Of a DNA stretch of 64,000 bases, positions 10,601 to 19,462 are shown piece by piece. The stretch lies in NCBI GenBank assembly GCA_965658655.1, contig CBFHTA010000002.1, forward strand, positions 128,001 to 192,000, read 5' to 3'. Below the pieces are notes generated by a model, which was not told the origin of the DNA, ran no database searches, and saw nothing but the letters and a program-made list of their open reading frames with translations. Position 1 is the stretch's first letter; the number at the start of each line of letters is the position of its first letter. Both the position numbers and the translations under genes were made by a program. The stretch comes from Candidatus Babelota bacterium (GTDB lineage Bacteria > Babelota > Babeliae > Babelales > CAIQNR01).

Positions 10601-12472
10601 TGTAGGAGATCTAAATGCAGCAATGGTTTTATAAAACAATGGCGGTGGTAGATTTCCTCCCACAGTTCCTGGAAGCGTTGATTGTGTAGAAGCAGAACCA
10701 GTAGCTGCGTATTGACGCACCATAGGAGATAACAACATTGCTTTAATTATAGGATCGTTAAATGAATTTTTTGCTCCATGTGACATTAACGAAGAAGAAT
10801 CCATACGCAAATAATCAAGCGCATCAGAAGTATGCGTAAAAGTATTAGCGCTTGTTTTAGTTACAAACCCACTCGCAAATGGTTCAATAACACCAATCAT
10901 AGATTGGGTAGGCTGAAGATAGTTTGCAGCTTCGCCCGTACCTACAAATACATACCCATTATTTAAACAAACCATCTGACCGTTAAACTGAGATCCTCCA
11001 ATATAAGAAGTTCCCCAGAAACTTTGTTGTGGTGCACCGGTTACATAGAAGTTGGCAGTTCGTAAAAACTGAGAGTTAAAGTAACCAGAAGACTGCTTAG
11101 TACCATTTGGAACTTCACAATAAAGGTAAGCTGAATTTGCAGGATTCTGTTGATCAATTAATTGTGGGGGAATCTGCAACCACAAATTACCAAATGGCTG
11201 AGCGTCTCCAATAGTTTCGAGCAACGCCATTCTGTTCTCTTTTGCCACCGTCATTTGATACAAGGCACTCGGCACAGTAAATGCAAGAGCCTGACCAAGC
11301 AACATAACAAAACCAGAAACCAACATTCGCACAACGCTCAGGGCTCCTTTTCCTGCCCACTCAAGGTTTCTACCAATTCTTTTATCTATAGAATCAAGTT
11401 TTCGAATAGCTTTTTCGTTTTTCGCTTGTTCTTTCAACTTATCATTAAGTTCATCTTCTAATCCTGTAGTATCTTCACCATCGTTTCCTGCTCTGGCGAT
11501 GCGATCTCTTACATCTTGAACTTCATCTGCCAATCGTGGTCGCTCCACTTTTATCAACCGTTCTTGTTCTTCTATCGTTCTTTGAGACCTCAAAGATTTG
11601 TCAGACCAATCATGATAGTCATCCACCTTACCTCGAACATACCTTGTTGTACCACTCCAAGCATCATCAACTTTACCTTTAGCTCCTCTCCACGCCCTTT
11701 TTAAAAAGCCCGCATCATCGGCATCATTTTTTTCACCCCGAGTCATTGTGTCTCGTAAATCTTTCATATCTTTTCGGTTTTCATTCAAGCGATCTTCTGC
11801 ATCATCAAGATTTGCCTGAGCTTCCTTCACTTCTCTAGAGGTACTATTAGGGTTTTCTTTTACCTTTTCTAAATTTTGTTGAGCCTCATTAGCTTTTTGA
11901 TTCAAATCTGTGTTTTCTTTCTTTAATCTCTTATACTGGTCTGCCTTACTTGTGCTTCCCTCAGACCCTTTGATAGCACCATCAGTATCGTTATGCATAT
12001 CTAATCGAGCTGAATTATCGCCTGAAAGGGGATCTCCACTCTCGGGATCAACTCCGTCAGGACCCTGTTGAACATTTATGTTATCCATCGCTTGGTTGAT
12101 TTTACCAACATCATAGTTATCGTTATCAGCCTTCATAACAGCTCTGGCATTAGCAACGTCTTGATCTGTAATACTTGCTTTTGCTTCGTTAATAGCCTTT
12201 ACTTGGCTAGAGTCAAGGTCTTCTAGCTTTAAGGTTTTCCCCGTTATTCTCTCGTATTTTGCTACAGCTTCTATTTGGTCTTCAGAAAGATTTCCAAGGT
12301 CGTCACCTTGAAGGTCTCCATCTTTAACCGACAAACCGTCTCCAAGGTCTGCATCATCATCCGCCATAGCATCTGCCGCAGCGTCCATAGAAAAAACAGG
12401 AGAAAAAGAGATAAATGGGAGTGCCGTAATTAACAATGTTAAGAGTGTGAGATTTTTAAATTTAATTTTCAT
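4679..12472 (-). CDS. giant 2597-aa exported protein: signal peptide, acidic/coiled-coil region, hydrophobic segment, repeated domains, Pro-rich tail
   Basis: Uninterrupted ORF; signal ending PVFS-MD; recurring SL.TG..Y motif; no known family recognised. Confidence 0.85.
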   Translation of the reverse strand: MKIKFKNLTLLTLLITALPFISFSPVFSMDAAADAMADDDADLGDGLSVKDGDLQGDDLGNLSEDQIEAVAKYERITGKTLKLEDLDSSQVKAINEAKASITDQDVANARAVMKADNDNYDVGKINQAMDNINVQQGPDGVDPESGDPLSGDNSARLDMHNDTDGAIKGSEGSTSKADQYKRLKKENTDLNQKANEAQQNLEKVKENPNSTSREVKEAQANLDDAEDRLNENRKDMKDLRDTMTRGEKNDADDAGFLKRAWRGAKGKVDDAWSGTTRYVRGKVDDYHDWSDKSLRSQRTIEEQERLIKVERPRLADEVQDVRDRIARAGNDGEDTTGLEDELNDKLKEQAKNEKAIRKLDSIDKRIGRNLEWAGKGALSVVRMLVSGFVMLLGQALAFTVPSALYQMTVAKENRMALLETIGDAQPFGNLWLQIPPQLIDQQNPANSAYLYCEVPNGTKQSSGYFNSQFLRTANFYVTGAPQQSFWGTSYIGGSQFNGQMVCLNNGYVFVGTGEAANYLQPTQSMIGVIEPFASGFVTKTSANTFTHTSDALDYLRMDSSSLMSHGAKNSFNDPIIKAMLLSPMVRQYAATGSASTQSTLPGTVGGNLPPPLFYKTIAAFRSPTDVKGFGTLQLRQMEGTGFLNIILNNSLRPLSSDLKKALKSLAEIDQSYKSSISFDGNKVTYGEKEKSALRQAQSAVANALGEQQVDTPEYGFSPDANLNAYNLYVYEIVSDNTQAKTATTVTPSLHGLLRNNSNSYVPLKEYVVCLSANKSIVPLLVPRVVKGDLEKQQKTGKGKAVAGSETVKGYTLKMVPNPDIVYISSLTTGLTYQKGDDQGTRPATTAQGKVASDTKLLTPYLDGNGVPDNSMATYALQQIERLLMRAGSIGERAMSQIVAMAKYSTDAAVDGPFTTYTNYTLTRVPLTELLDGDAFEQQENSIKDMGDVLSQASSAAQQNALYTSWNKAQKKEYLSRFYVYKVTKSGDGVLGKNGVPDYVVPVGGASTGKFEILPLGLDQMTGSLGTHGVQGLFSLITGRGYDTDYEPLPLWYTVNMHPLNRGSFFSLNGQGKYGFQTGSWVGEQQDQIYVEKKGPNGPTRSLETIRVVPNVYMGTAFMPGYYNPVNRMITDPQMLQEYNSAKDAVLNYGVKFSKLSASLGGLSAGTKEYAIGVIDKYGAESAGSYLMKAGFNEEQVSALMGAKNLEPLEKMLSSAQERYNTINSIINKTPRAAEWKSEQLMINVPPLYFLFFTGFSFCSRGGQSSTFSPTGQEEQSGGAAEQSAKAVQSQTVQWPMTQPCKNATTLVISHGKDKVNGSLMSVLPEAFSGFNLARDLSNTADTGPLKQARFFKGISSPTYGKKLGTFYPSILAAYTEWSLSEDRNNYWVQSGFMGPFNYTQRQYGNVYITATSRQDVANGNFFYHASGFPQTDIFVCALGPEDGNVKSIDQLHSIGRPYTEVVAGKYLINVGTGQVYTPYIYPGAKGMGDMQDVAPYACFSPNASLSGNECSLQPVGQSVLPGGSDPAKGKVSPPVRTGTQLRLSPQEILAAALTNQGDIGQTVTTQNLNAAFANLSSGLQGELNTALQSAQRQIQKTLYPVYFGGLKLRLSLESVNKGTYIYALTPEGQSYDSAHDYLVVTDMPNSASTGGKAVTPYTKAMLSLVTGTLYLENGQSKQNYLGKMYEKTGVGREQSVPRRAMELVQTQNKVQINVDLAQRIIELNTQYINEVSSLEDPRSLIDTAPIIPIAVMEKARTVTEPTLNNPAVPSSNLIQVGGKYFLKAKTVLSDKDENGRMPTLYTFFDFNATSEAGDSNVGVYYAVPTNPKAENLVPTSAMKGFELEAMRAAHGVVVEPNGEQSLTIPVTNVPLPLAPGEKTLIPGFGQDGYYMKLAKNVAPAINREKGEKYYYYYHRLTQAYYVLVQDMTGTLYGGGSEDGKDIANIGYFVDLMSGDEYYVNGQPRMIPTVVAYPIVQGENKQEVVDVEMPIFVWGEANNSSGQGQNLNALANTGQGYTQYMYVPFTSIYRFQNAQKQTMYIGYETKGEGASQEIIPVQKIIAPGSQEGKMQELNLPKGFDTQGMTEQQKAEVAFVSAVEAASQRGWALYEIEYKLSASGMAYDAITLTSAAGDKPRQYQFGSQRYIEGGIQGFKYPLAQNNMVARATVYGRPFVGMGMGNREGIKGIPQGTPVFGSTLCGILENKEESMLAFVPTINPVSPSSNTKLYFINQGGLPRPGQMAQYQAPGGISIPGLVTDYSVTGQKSRSGVAVQSSYVALGNQQVQAIYGFGYSYASKKDLAKYKDGVNVISNAEGNIQLVQEVDRNSKMTIQVPKNSIGSYLVGFSKPTPTVMYRIPPLATIEEYYQNDKTRYNAGKGNTMSAIEMFNNAVLTFGVGTYVDYSNGAIYEVKKGNSDYLYPNGYSVGGQGLSLIRQQFSNAQVQPGSLKLISQGNLDSEVQSAIAGKKSPPKAPPRAPVSEGQQYREAQQSSGSENRPMVSRGQKLPQQDSGSRGTSYQGPPAPPSRSTAVRTTGQEQTDFQQQQPAPRASRPAPEPPSRSTRFTWFQMPEQPLHLAVSDLKNRVLTFINTFFTQSRVV

Positions 12473-12551
12473 GATCGCCCCTAATTTTTAATCATATAGA
12501 CTTAAGCTTAAAAAAAAGAGGCGTTGAAAATCAATACTTAGAGTGAGTATT

Positions 12552-14039
12552 CTATGCTTCTTCGGTGTAAGAGTCGGAAGCAAGGAACTTTTTCAAACGA
12601 CTGTACAATTGTGGTCGATCCATAATGTCGTGATATCTACCAATAACTTTGTCTCCTCGAAGTACAATAAAATGGGGTACATCAGGTACTTTGTACTTTT
12701 TGGTCAAATCAAAAGCATCAGAAGCATCAACCTTAAAGAATCTAACTTTCCCCGCAAACTTTGCAGCTCCCCAATCAATTACCGGCATCATATGCATACA
12801 AGTAGGGCACGCGGTAGTATAGAAATCTAAGAAAACAAGCTCCTCAGAAGCCCCTTCCATTTTACGTTTAAGGTCTGTTTCGCTATTTATGTGATCAACT
12901 TTAATTTTCTTGGCTGCTTTTTCGAAGAAATATGGCTCCAAACTCTCTTGCATTCGTTGATTATAACCCAATGAACTAAGCCACCATACCACATCTAAAC
13001 CAGCCTTAATGCCATCTCCTGCGGCAACACCAGCTTGTCGATAACGAGGATCGCACACATCACCAGCAGCAACCACACCTTGATAGTTTGTTTGTTGAGT
13101 TCTACCATCAATCAATAAATAACCTTGCTTGTTCACATTAAGCGTATCTTTAAAGAGCTTTGTATTAGGATCGTGCCCAATTCCTAAAAAGACCCCTGTA
13201 ATCTTAAGATTGTCTTCTTCGCCGGTTTTAGGATTTTTAACATCAATATTGGTCACATGATATTCATCACCATTGATTTTGGTAATAACTGTATTATGAC
13301 GAATTTTAACATTATGGCAGCCAAGTGCCTTTTCTATCATACTTGGCGAAGCCTTGAGCTGCTCACCCCGAACCAAAATAGTTACGTTTTTAGCGTAAGG
13401 AGAAAGTTCGATTGCTTCTTCCATGGCAGAATCACCACCACCAACAACCACCACATCGTGATCCCTATGGTAAGGCGCATCACAAATTGCACAGGTTGTT
13501 ACTCCACGTCCCCAATAGGTATGCTCACCCTCAACATTTAAGCCGCGCGCGGTTGCACCGGTCCCAATCATAATAGCCATAGCGCGCAGCGTATTGCCCT
13601 CTTCGGTCTTCACCACATAAGGCCATTGAGAAAAATCAACAGAGCTCACAGTGTCATCAATCATGATAGCACCAAATTCTTCTGCTTGCTCTTGTTGTTG
13701 AGCAACTACTTCACTTCCCTTAATACGAGGAATTCCAGGCCAATTTTCTATGTAAGAAGTTCCTGTAAGCTGCCCCCCAGGCTTATTTCCGCGCAAACAA
13801 ATGGTTCGAATGCGTGTTCGAGATCCATACAACGCAGCGCTCAACGAGGCTGGGCCAGAACCAATCACTAAAAATGGAACTAAATTTTCAGTCTCTTTTA
13901 ATTTTTTAAGATCATATTGAAGGGGAGATTTTGATACATCAGAGGTATTACTACTTTTATAGTACCACCCGGCTACCCCACCAAAACATACAAGTGTGAT
14001 GAAACCCCAGAAAACATGTTTTGATGTTTTTTTTAGCAT
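12552..14039 (-). CDS. trxB: thioredoxin reductase fused to a C-terminal thioredoxin, with N-terminal membrane anchor
   Basis: VIGSGPA, GGQL, CAICD, VVGGGDSA and AAGDV motifs; C-terminal DFYTTACPTC thioredoxin fold. Confidence 0.9.
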   Translation of the reverse strand: MLKKTSKHVFWGFITLVCFGGVAGWYYKSSNTSDVSKSPLQYDLKKLKETENLVPFLVIGSGPASLSAALYGSRTRIRTICLRGNKPGGQLTGTSYIENWPGIPRIKGSEVVAQQQEQAEEFGAIMIDDTVSSVDFSQWPYVVKTEEGNTLRAMAIMIGTGATARGLNVEGEHTYWGRGVTTCAICDAPYHRDHDVVVVGGGDSAMEEAIELSPYAKNVTILVRGEQLKASPSMIEKALGCHNVKIRHNTVITKINGDEYHVTNIDVKNPKTGEEDNLKITGVFLGIGHDPNTKLFKDTLNVNKQGYLLIDGRTQQTNYQGVVAAGDVCDPRYRQAGVAAGDGIKAGLDVVWWLSSLGYNQRMQESLEPYFFEKAAKKIKVDHINSETDLKRKMEGASEELVFLDFYTTACPTCMHMMPVIDWGAAKFAGKVRFFKVDASDAFDLTKKYKVPDVPHFIVLRGDKVIGRYHDIMDRPQLYSRLKKFLASDSYTEEA

Positions 14040-14240
14040 GAAGACCCTTTGTTTTTAGACCACCTGAAGAAAAGCCTGGATTCTAGATTGTTTTGGAGAG
14101 TATACCAAAAAGATTTAAGAAAAAGCAGCATACTTTTGTTTTTTTTTCATTCTTTGACAAAAAAGGCCCTCTCCGGTACTCTACGACCACTCCTAAATCC
14201 TAGAAAAAACCTTATAAAAAACGACTGAAAGGGTATATTA

Positions 14241-16790
14241 ATGAGCCAGTCCTCATACTCAAGCTCTTCAATGAGCATTCTCCTAACTCTTTTACTCTCT
14301 GCTCAGGCACCCGCTTTTGCAGAAGTAAAAACTACTCCTAAAAAGGTAGTTACTATTTCACGCGAACAACTACAAGACCTGTCAGTCCGCGCACTCAAAC
14401 AGATTGATATTTGTGAATCCATCATAGATACATTTGGTCAATTCCTAGCAAACATTAAAGGAAAGTTGTCTGACGAAAAGAAAACAGAAATTTCTTATAA
14501 CTTACAAAATCTTCGTAAGCAGATGGGAATCATTAAAGATGCCTATGCTATTCACATTGATGCAAATCAACTTATTGGCCTTGTTAACTTAACAGGGGAA
14601 GTTGCGCGCGTATTGACTGCTGGTGTTAACTCTGGATTAGAAGTGATTCCAGAATTTAACGAAAAAGTTCTTGCAACTAAAGCAGCAGACAACACTTCTC
14701 TACAAGAAATTGAGAAACTATTGCTCGCCAACGATAAACGTTTACAAAAACTGGGTGACCTTTCTGAAAAAGTTGGTTTAACAAACCTAAACAGAATGTA
14801 TCGAACTGCACGTAAGGTTTACAAAAAGTACTACGTATGGCCGATCATCGAAAGAACAATTGTGTACACAGCATTTGTTCACTGGGCAGTCTTTGTTACT
14901 TCAGAATGGAAACTTGAACAACTAGAAAAAACTGGTGGAATACTTAGCCCAGTTGGCACCATTGTAAAAAACATTAAGAAATGGATTGGTTCACCAATAC
15001 ACCCAATCAAAAAAAATGTTCAATTAGACGGACATCTTGTAGTCAGAGATCATGAGACAGGCAAGATGCGCTTTGCCAGACAAAATGATCTTCCTCTTTA
15101 TGAATTAAACTTCACTAAAGAAGGCGAAGTCAAAACACCAAAACAATATATTGGCACTGAAAACATCGAAGGTACTCCTGAGATCAAAGTGCCTGTTGAA
15201 AACGAAGTTCCAGGAACCTCTTCACCTAAAGGGAAACTAAATAATGCAACAGACTGGACTTCTGGTTTCGGGAATCTTGACTTCAAAAAACAAATGTTCA
15301 CATGGGCTCCAGGTCTCTTTTTTGCAAATTACCTATCAGAAGATTACAAAGTAATTTCTACAAAATGCAGCAAACTTACAAGCAGAGTTGACGACTTCCT
15401 TTATGGCACTACAAAGAAACGTAGTTACGAAACTTTGACTATGCCAGATGAGCGTTTCGATAACATTGTAGGTAGAGACGAAGTAAAAGCTGAATTAAAG
15501 AAAGTAGTTGAATACATCTGTTCACCAGATAAATTCGACCGTGCTGGTATTAAAGTTGAAAAAGGTTACTTGCTTGCTGGTGATCCACAAACAGGTAAAA
15601 CCTACATGGCAAAAGCACTAACCGGTGAAATTAACGATGCACTCAAAAAAATGGGTAGAAACGATAAAATGCGCTTGTTCGAAATCAGCACAGACGCACT
15701 TATCTCTAAAGGTATTGCACACTACATGAACCTTGCTCGTTACCACGCGCCTTGCATCTTGTTCTTAGACGAACTCGACCTTTTAAGATTGCAACGTGAT
15801 GGTGACTCTAAACTGTTGAGTGAATTCTTAACAAGCATGAGTGGCACCTTAAGCAAAGACGAAAAGTCTCACGTTATTATTCTTGCTGCAACCAACAAAC
15901 CAGAGAACTTAGATTTTGCACTTCGCCAACATGGACGCTTTGGTAAAATGTTCTGGTTCGACAAACCAACATTTAACCATCGTATTGAATTCTTCCAAAA
16001 AGAATGTGTTAAACGTTGCATGAACATTGAGCGTTTTAACTTCAATGAGCTAGCAAAACAAACTGAAGGTTGTTCTTTTGGTTCGCTCGACATTGTTATG
16101 AAGAAAGCGTTAATGCTTGCAAAACTCAGCGGTAGTTCAGTAACTCAAGAACACTTCGACAAAGCACTCGATAGTGAAATCAAACAAATGATTCCACACG
16201 GGTACAATGTTCCTAAAGAAAAAGAAGAAGTTATTGCAGTACACCATGCTGGTAAAGCAATTATGAGCGCGGTTCTTGAGCCTCAAAAGAAACTCAGCAA
16301 AGTAACCGTGTTACCAATCACGCAAGATTTACAAGAAGAACACGTTACTCAGCAATACAACATTGCAGGGCTTCAAAGTAAAGACCAACGCGCAATTCGC
16401 CACGGCGGGATATTCTCTTACAATTGGTCAGACTCGCTCAATTTGGTTTCTCAAGATGAGTTAAAGAAACAATGTAAGATTTTGCTTGCAGGTAACATTG
16501 CACAAACAGTTTACGGCTTATCAAGCCCTTCATACGACAAACAAGACAAACAAGAAGCGTTTAAACTTGCAAAACAAATTGTGCTTGAAGGTTTAGATCA
16601 AAAAGAAATTGCAAAAGCAATTCGTGAAGAAAAACTAACCGAAGCATATCGCTTGGTTGAACAATACGAATATGAAATTGCACAACAACTTGAAGAGCAC
16701 AAAGGATGGCTTGTTGCAACAACTCAAGCACTCCAAGAACGCAAAACGCTTTCTGTTGGAGAACTTGAAGAGCTACACAGTAAGATTTAA
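14241..16790 (+). CDS. FtsH-like AAA+ ATPase with degenerate M41 protease domain
   Basis: Walker A GDPQTGKT, Walker B ILFLDELD, SRH AATNKPENLDFALRQHGRF; HEAGH position reads HHAGK. Confidence 0.85.
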   Translation: MSQSSYSSSSMSILLTLLLSAQAPAFAEVKTTPKKVVTISREQLQDLSVRALKQIDICESIIDTFGQFLANIKGKLSDEKKTEISYNLQNLRKQMGIIKDAYAIHIDANQLIGLVNLTGEVARVLTAGVNSGLEVIPEFNEKVLATKAADNTSLQEIEKLLLANDKRLQKLGDLSEKVGLTNLNRMYRTARKVYKKYYVWPIIERTIVYTAFVHWAVFVTSEWKLEQLEKTGGILSPVGTIVKNIKKWIGSPIHPIKKNVQLDGHLVVRDHETGKMRFARQNDLPLYELNFTKEGEVKTPKQYIGTENIEGTPEIKVPVENEVPGTSSPKGKLNNATDWTSGFGNLDFKKQMFTWAPGLFFANYLSEDYKVISTKCSKLTSRVDDFLYGTTKKRSYETLTMPDERFDNIVGRDEVKAELKKVVEYICSPDKFDRAGIKVEKGYLLAGDPQTGKTYMAKALTGEINDALKKMGRNDKMRLFEISTDALISKGIAHYMNLARYHAPCILFLDELDLLRLQRDGDSKLLSEFLTSMSGTLSKDEKSHVIILAATNKPENLDFALRQHGRFGKMFWFDKPTFNHRIEFFQKECVKRCMNIERFNFNELAKQTEGCSFGSLDIVMKKALMLAKLSGSSVTQEHFDKALDSEIKQMIPHGYNVPKEKEEVIAVHHAGKAIMSAVLEPQKKLSKVTVLPITQDLQEEHVTQQYNIAGLQSKDQRAIRHGGIFSYNWSDSLNLVSQDELKKQCKILLAGNIAQTVYGLSSPSYDKQDKQEAFKLAKQIVLEGLDQKEIAKAIREEKLTEAYRLVEQYEYEIAQQLEEHKGWLVATTQALQERKTLSVGELEELHSKI

Positions 16791-16816
16791 GTAAGCGCCA
16801 TTAGGCGTTTGTATTA

Positions 16817-16860
16817 AGTTAAAAAAAAGACCGGCGTAAAAACCGGTCTTTTTTTTAACT
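16817..16860. terminator. bidirectional intrinsic terminator
   Basis: Perfect 18-bp inverted repeat AGTTAAAAAAAAGACCGG / CCGGTCTTTTTTTTAACT with 8-nt loop, between convergent genes. Confidence 0.9.
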
Positions 16861-16952
16861 CTTTGTCTGTGCAGAAATCGTGTTAATGACAGTGATACGT
16901 TCGGTTTGCCTGTTTTTATCAGGCCCCCTTGCCTCAAAAAATTCTAATGTAT

Positions 16953-17381
16953 TTATAAATCAATCAAAGACAACCGCTCTTCGTGCCTACCACCTAAAAA
17001 AGAAGCTCCTCTCCATGCATCAACACAAGCAACCGCTTCTTGTTCAGAAACAAAGTCGGCCGGTAGAATTAAAATATTGGCATTGTCATGCTCCTTACTT
17101 AAAGAAGCAACCTCAACATTCCACACCAGCGCAGCGTAGACGTTCTTTAATCGATTGGCTGCAATCGACATCCCAATACCCGACCCACAAATCAAAATGC
17201 CAGCATCAACAGTACTGGATTGCACTTGCTGAGCAACTGTTTGAGCAAAAAGTGGATAGTCACAACGCTCGTCACTGTGACACCCTTTATCAACCCATAG
17301 TACTGAACCATCGTTCAACGATTGCATGAGTGCATTCTTGAGCGCAAACCCTCTATGATCTGAGCCAATGGCAATCTTCAT
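16953..17381 (-). CDS. rpiB: ribose-5-phosphate isomerase B
   Basis: IGSDHRG, DYP, ICGSGIGMSIAAN, HDNAN and GGRH motifs. Confidence 0.93.
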   Translation of the reverse strand: MKIAIGSDHRGFALKNALMQSLNDGSVLWVDKGCHSDERCDYPLFAQTVAQQVQSSTVDAGILICGSGIGMSIAANRLKNVYAALVWNVEVASLSKEHDNANILILPADFVSEQEAVACVDAWRGASFLGGRHEERLSLIDL

Positions 17382-18088
17382 GATTTTTTCTTTTTACCTG
17401 GAGATTCTTTTTTTGACTTACTTCTTTTTGGAGGTTTAGGAGCAGCTTTCTTTTTAACAGCATTACCCATACCATCGATGTGCCATTCCGCAAAAGAGTA
17501 ATGAGCAGGAGTACTAAAGTATAACTTCATATGGTGAGGATTGCCCTCTTTAAGAATATCTTTACCATCTGCATCAGTACGCTCGAATCGAACTTCATAA
17601 GGTATTTTATGTTTATTAAACATAATACCAAATATTGCTTTATATTCTGAATTAAGCTCAACAGCCTTTACCTCGAATGGCATATACTTTTTACCATCAA
17701 CAACAAGATGCAATGCCCATGGCACTGGTTTAATAGATAATGGATTTTGATGAGTACTCAAGACATAGAAAGAAATATAGTGATTATTTTCTTTCAACTG
17801 TCTTCGTAAGAACGCATGTTTACCTTTGGTGCCTTTACCTTGCATATCTGCATTTATATCTGCATAAATAGTACGTATATCATCAGAAAGCCATAAAGCA
17901 TCAAACAAACCAACCGTATTAAATTGATCATAGATATTAATAATCTTTAGATAACATTTTGCTTTTTTGCGATAGGTTTTAGATTGCTTCCCTTGTGGAA
18001 AATTTTCTTTCATTAAATCGCTCATGGTTCCACATCCGGGAAGTAAAGCAAGGATCATCACCATGCATAGATTGATTCTTTGGTTCAT
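17378..18088 (-). CDS. putative lipoprotein with Lys-rich C-terminal tail
   Basis: Lipobox-like LLPG-C after a hydrophobic stretch; 4-bp overlap with rpiB. Confidence 0.65.
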   Translation of the reverse strand: MNQRINLCMVMILALLPGCGTMSDLMKENFPQGKQSKTYRKKAKCYLKIINIYDQFNTVGLFDALWLSDDIRTIYADINADMQGKGTKGKHAFLRRQLKENNHYISFYVLSTHQNPLSIKPVPWALHLVVDGKKYMPFEVKAVELNSEYKAIFGIMFNKHKIPYEVRFERTDADGKDILKEGNPHHMKLYFSTPAHYSFAEWHIDGMGNAVKKKAAPKPPKRSKSKKESPGKKKKS

Positions 18089-18174
18089 TCCTAAGCCTCT
18101 TTATTGTACACTCAAGGTTTAATTATATTCAGTTAGCCTAAAAAAAAGAGAGCGACTTTACAAGGTGCCAATAC

Positions 18175-19392
18175 ATGAATTTATCAATAGCAGCATTTTT
18201 AGCATGGCGTTACGCCAAGCAAGCAACGCGTCAATCAACCCTGCAGACTATGCTTTGGATATGCTTTGGAAGCATTTTTGTAGGAACTTTTTCACTTGCT
18301 CTGATTATTTCTATTATGACTGGATTCGAATCTGCTACCCAAGAAAAAATTCAAGGCATCTACCCCGACATTACCATCGAAGCACCCGCCGGTGCTTTTT
18401 TAGATGCACCACCTCTCATAAACTATCTTAAGGAAAACTACCCAAACATTTCTAAACATTGTACCTACAGCACACAACAAGTACTTGTCCAAACACCTCA
18501 TGCAGAAGAACCAACTATGGTTTGTGTCCTCAAAGGTATTACCTCAAAAGAAGCAGATGTTACCAACTTACATACCAAGTACAAACTTGCTCAAAATGCC
18601 CTACTCAAAGGCCCAAATGTATTAATTGGAAAAACAATAGCAGAAACTTTAGAGCGAGAAGTTGGCGACAAACTTACACTCATGTACAGTGCCGACCCCC
18701 ACACACGTTTAGACAAAATTCGTTTCTCTTCTTTGCCCGTTACCATTATAGGCCTCATAGACACTGGAATTGCCGAATACGACAATACATTGCTACTGGC
18801 GAATCAAAACTTTATTACTGAACTCTTTGATGAAGAGTGTATTCAACAAATTGGTATTAAAGTAACCGATTCCACCAAGGCACAAGCACTTACTCAACAA
18901 CTTAAAAAACTTCCTGATATTAATGCCTATCGCTGGCAAGAGCTGTATCCATCATTAGTATCTGCATTAAAATTAGAAAAGTTTGCCATGTTCTTTATTT
19001 TGGGATTAATCGTGCTCGTTGCAAGCATGAATAACATTTCACTACTTTTTATGTTTATTACCGCCAAACGCAAAGAGATTGCCCTTTTAAAAATGCTCGG
19101 CGCAAACACACAAACCGTTATGTTTATATTCTTATTCTTTAATCTATTAATAACTACATTAGCTGCAACGTGTGGCCTTATAGCGGCTTACGGCACCGGA
19201 AGATTGCTACAACTATACCCGTTCATAGAACTGCCCGATGTGTATTATGTTTCCCATCTGCCGGTAAAACTTGATCCTATTATGTTTTTAATCATTTTCG
19301 GATTAGTCCTTGTATTGGGGATTTTATCTGCTTTACTACCACTCTTCTCAATCAAGAAAATTAATATTACTCAGACTCTTCGCTTTGAATAG
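18175..19392 (+). CDS. LolC/LolE-family (FtsX-like) ABC transporter permease
   Basis: LAWRY, SIMTGF, KRKEIALLKMLG and DVYYVSHLP motifs with four-TM layout. Confidence 0.85.
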   Translation: MNLSIAAFLAWRYAKQATRQSTLQTMLWICFGSIFVGTFSLALIISIMTGFESATQEKIQGIYPDITIEAPAGAFLDAPPLINYLKENYPNISKHCTYSTQQVLVQTPHAEEPTMVCVLKGITSKEADVTNLHTKYKLAQNALLKGPNVLIGKTIAETLEREVGDKLTLMYSADPHTRLDKIRFSSLPVTIIGLIDTGIAEYDNTLLLANQNFITELFDEECIQQIGIKVTDSTKAQALTQQLKKLPDINAYRWQELYPSLVSALKLEKFAMFFILGLIVLVASMNNISLLFMFITAKRKEIALLKMLGANTQTVMFIFLFFNLLITTLAATCGLIAAYGTGRLLQLYPFIELPDVYYVSHLPVKLDPIMFLIIFGLVLVLGILSALLPLFSIKKINITQTLRFE

Positions 19393-19462
19393 CACCTCTC
19401 GTCATGCTAAACTCTAAAAAGGTACTGTAATAAAAAAGGGGAAAGTAAAAGGGGAGCATGCT

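Noticed and set aside
11996..12010. ARLDM in the giant protein as an RGL-family motif
   Set aside because: Lacks the Gly and lies at residue 156; too weak to count.
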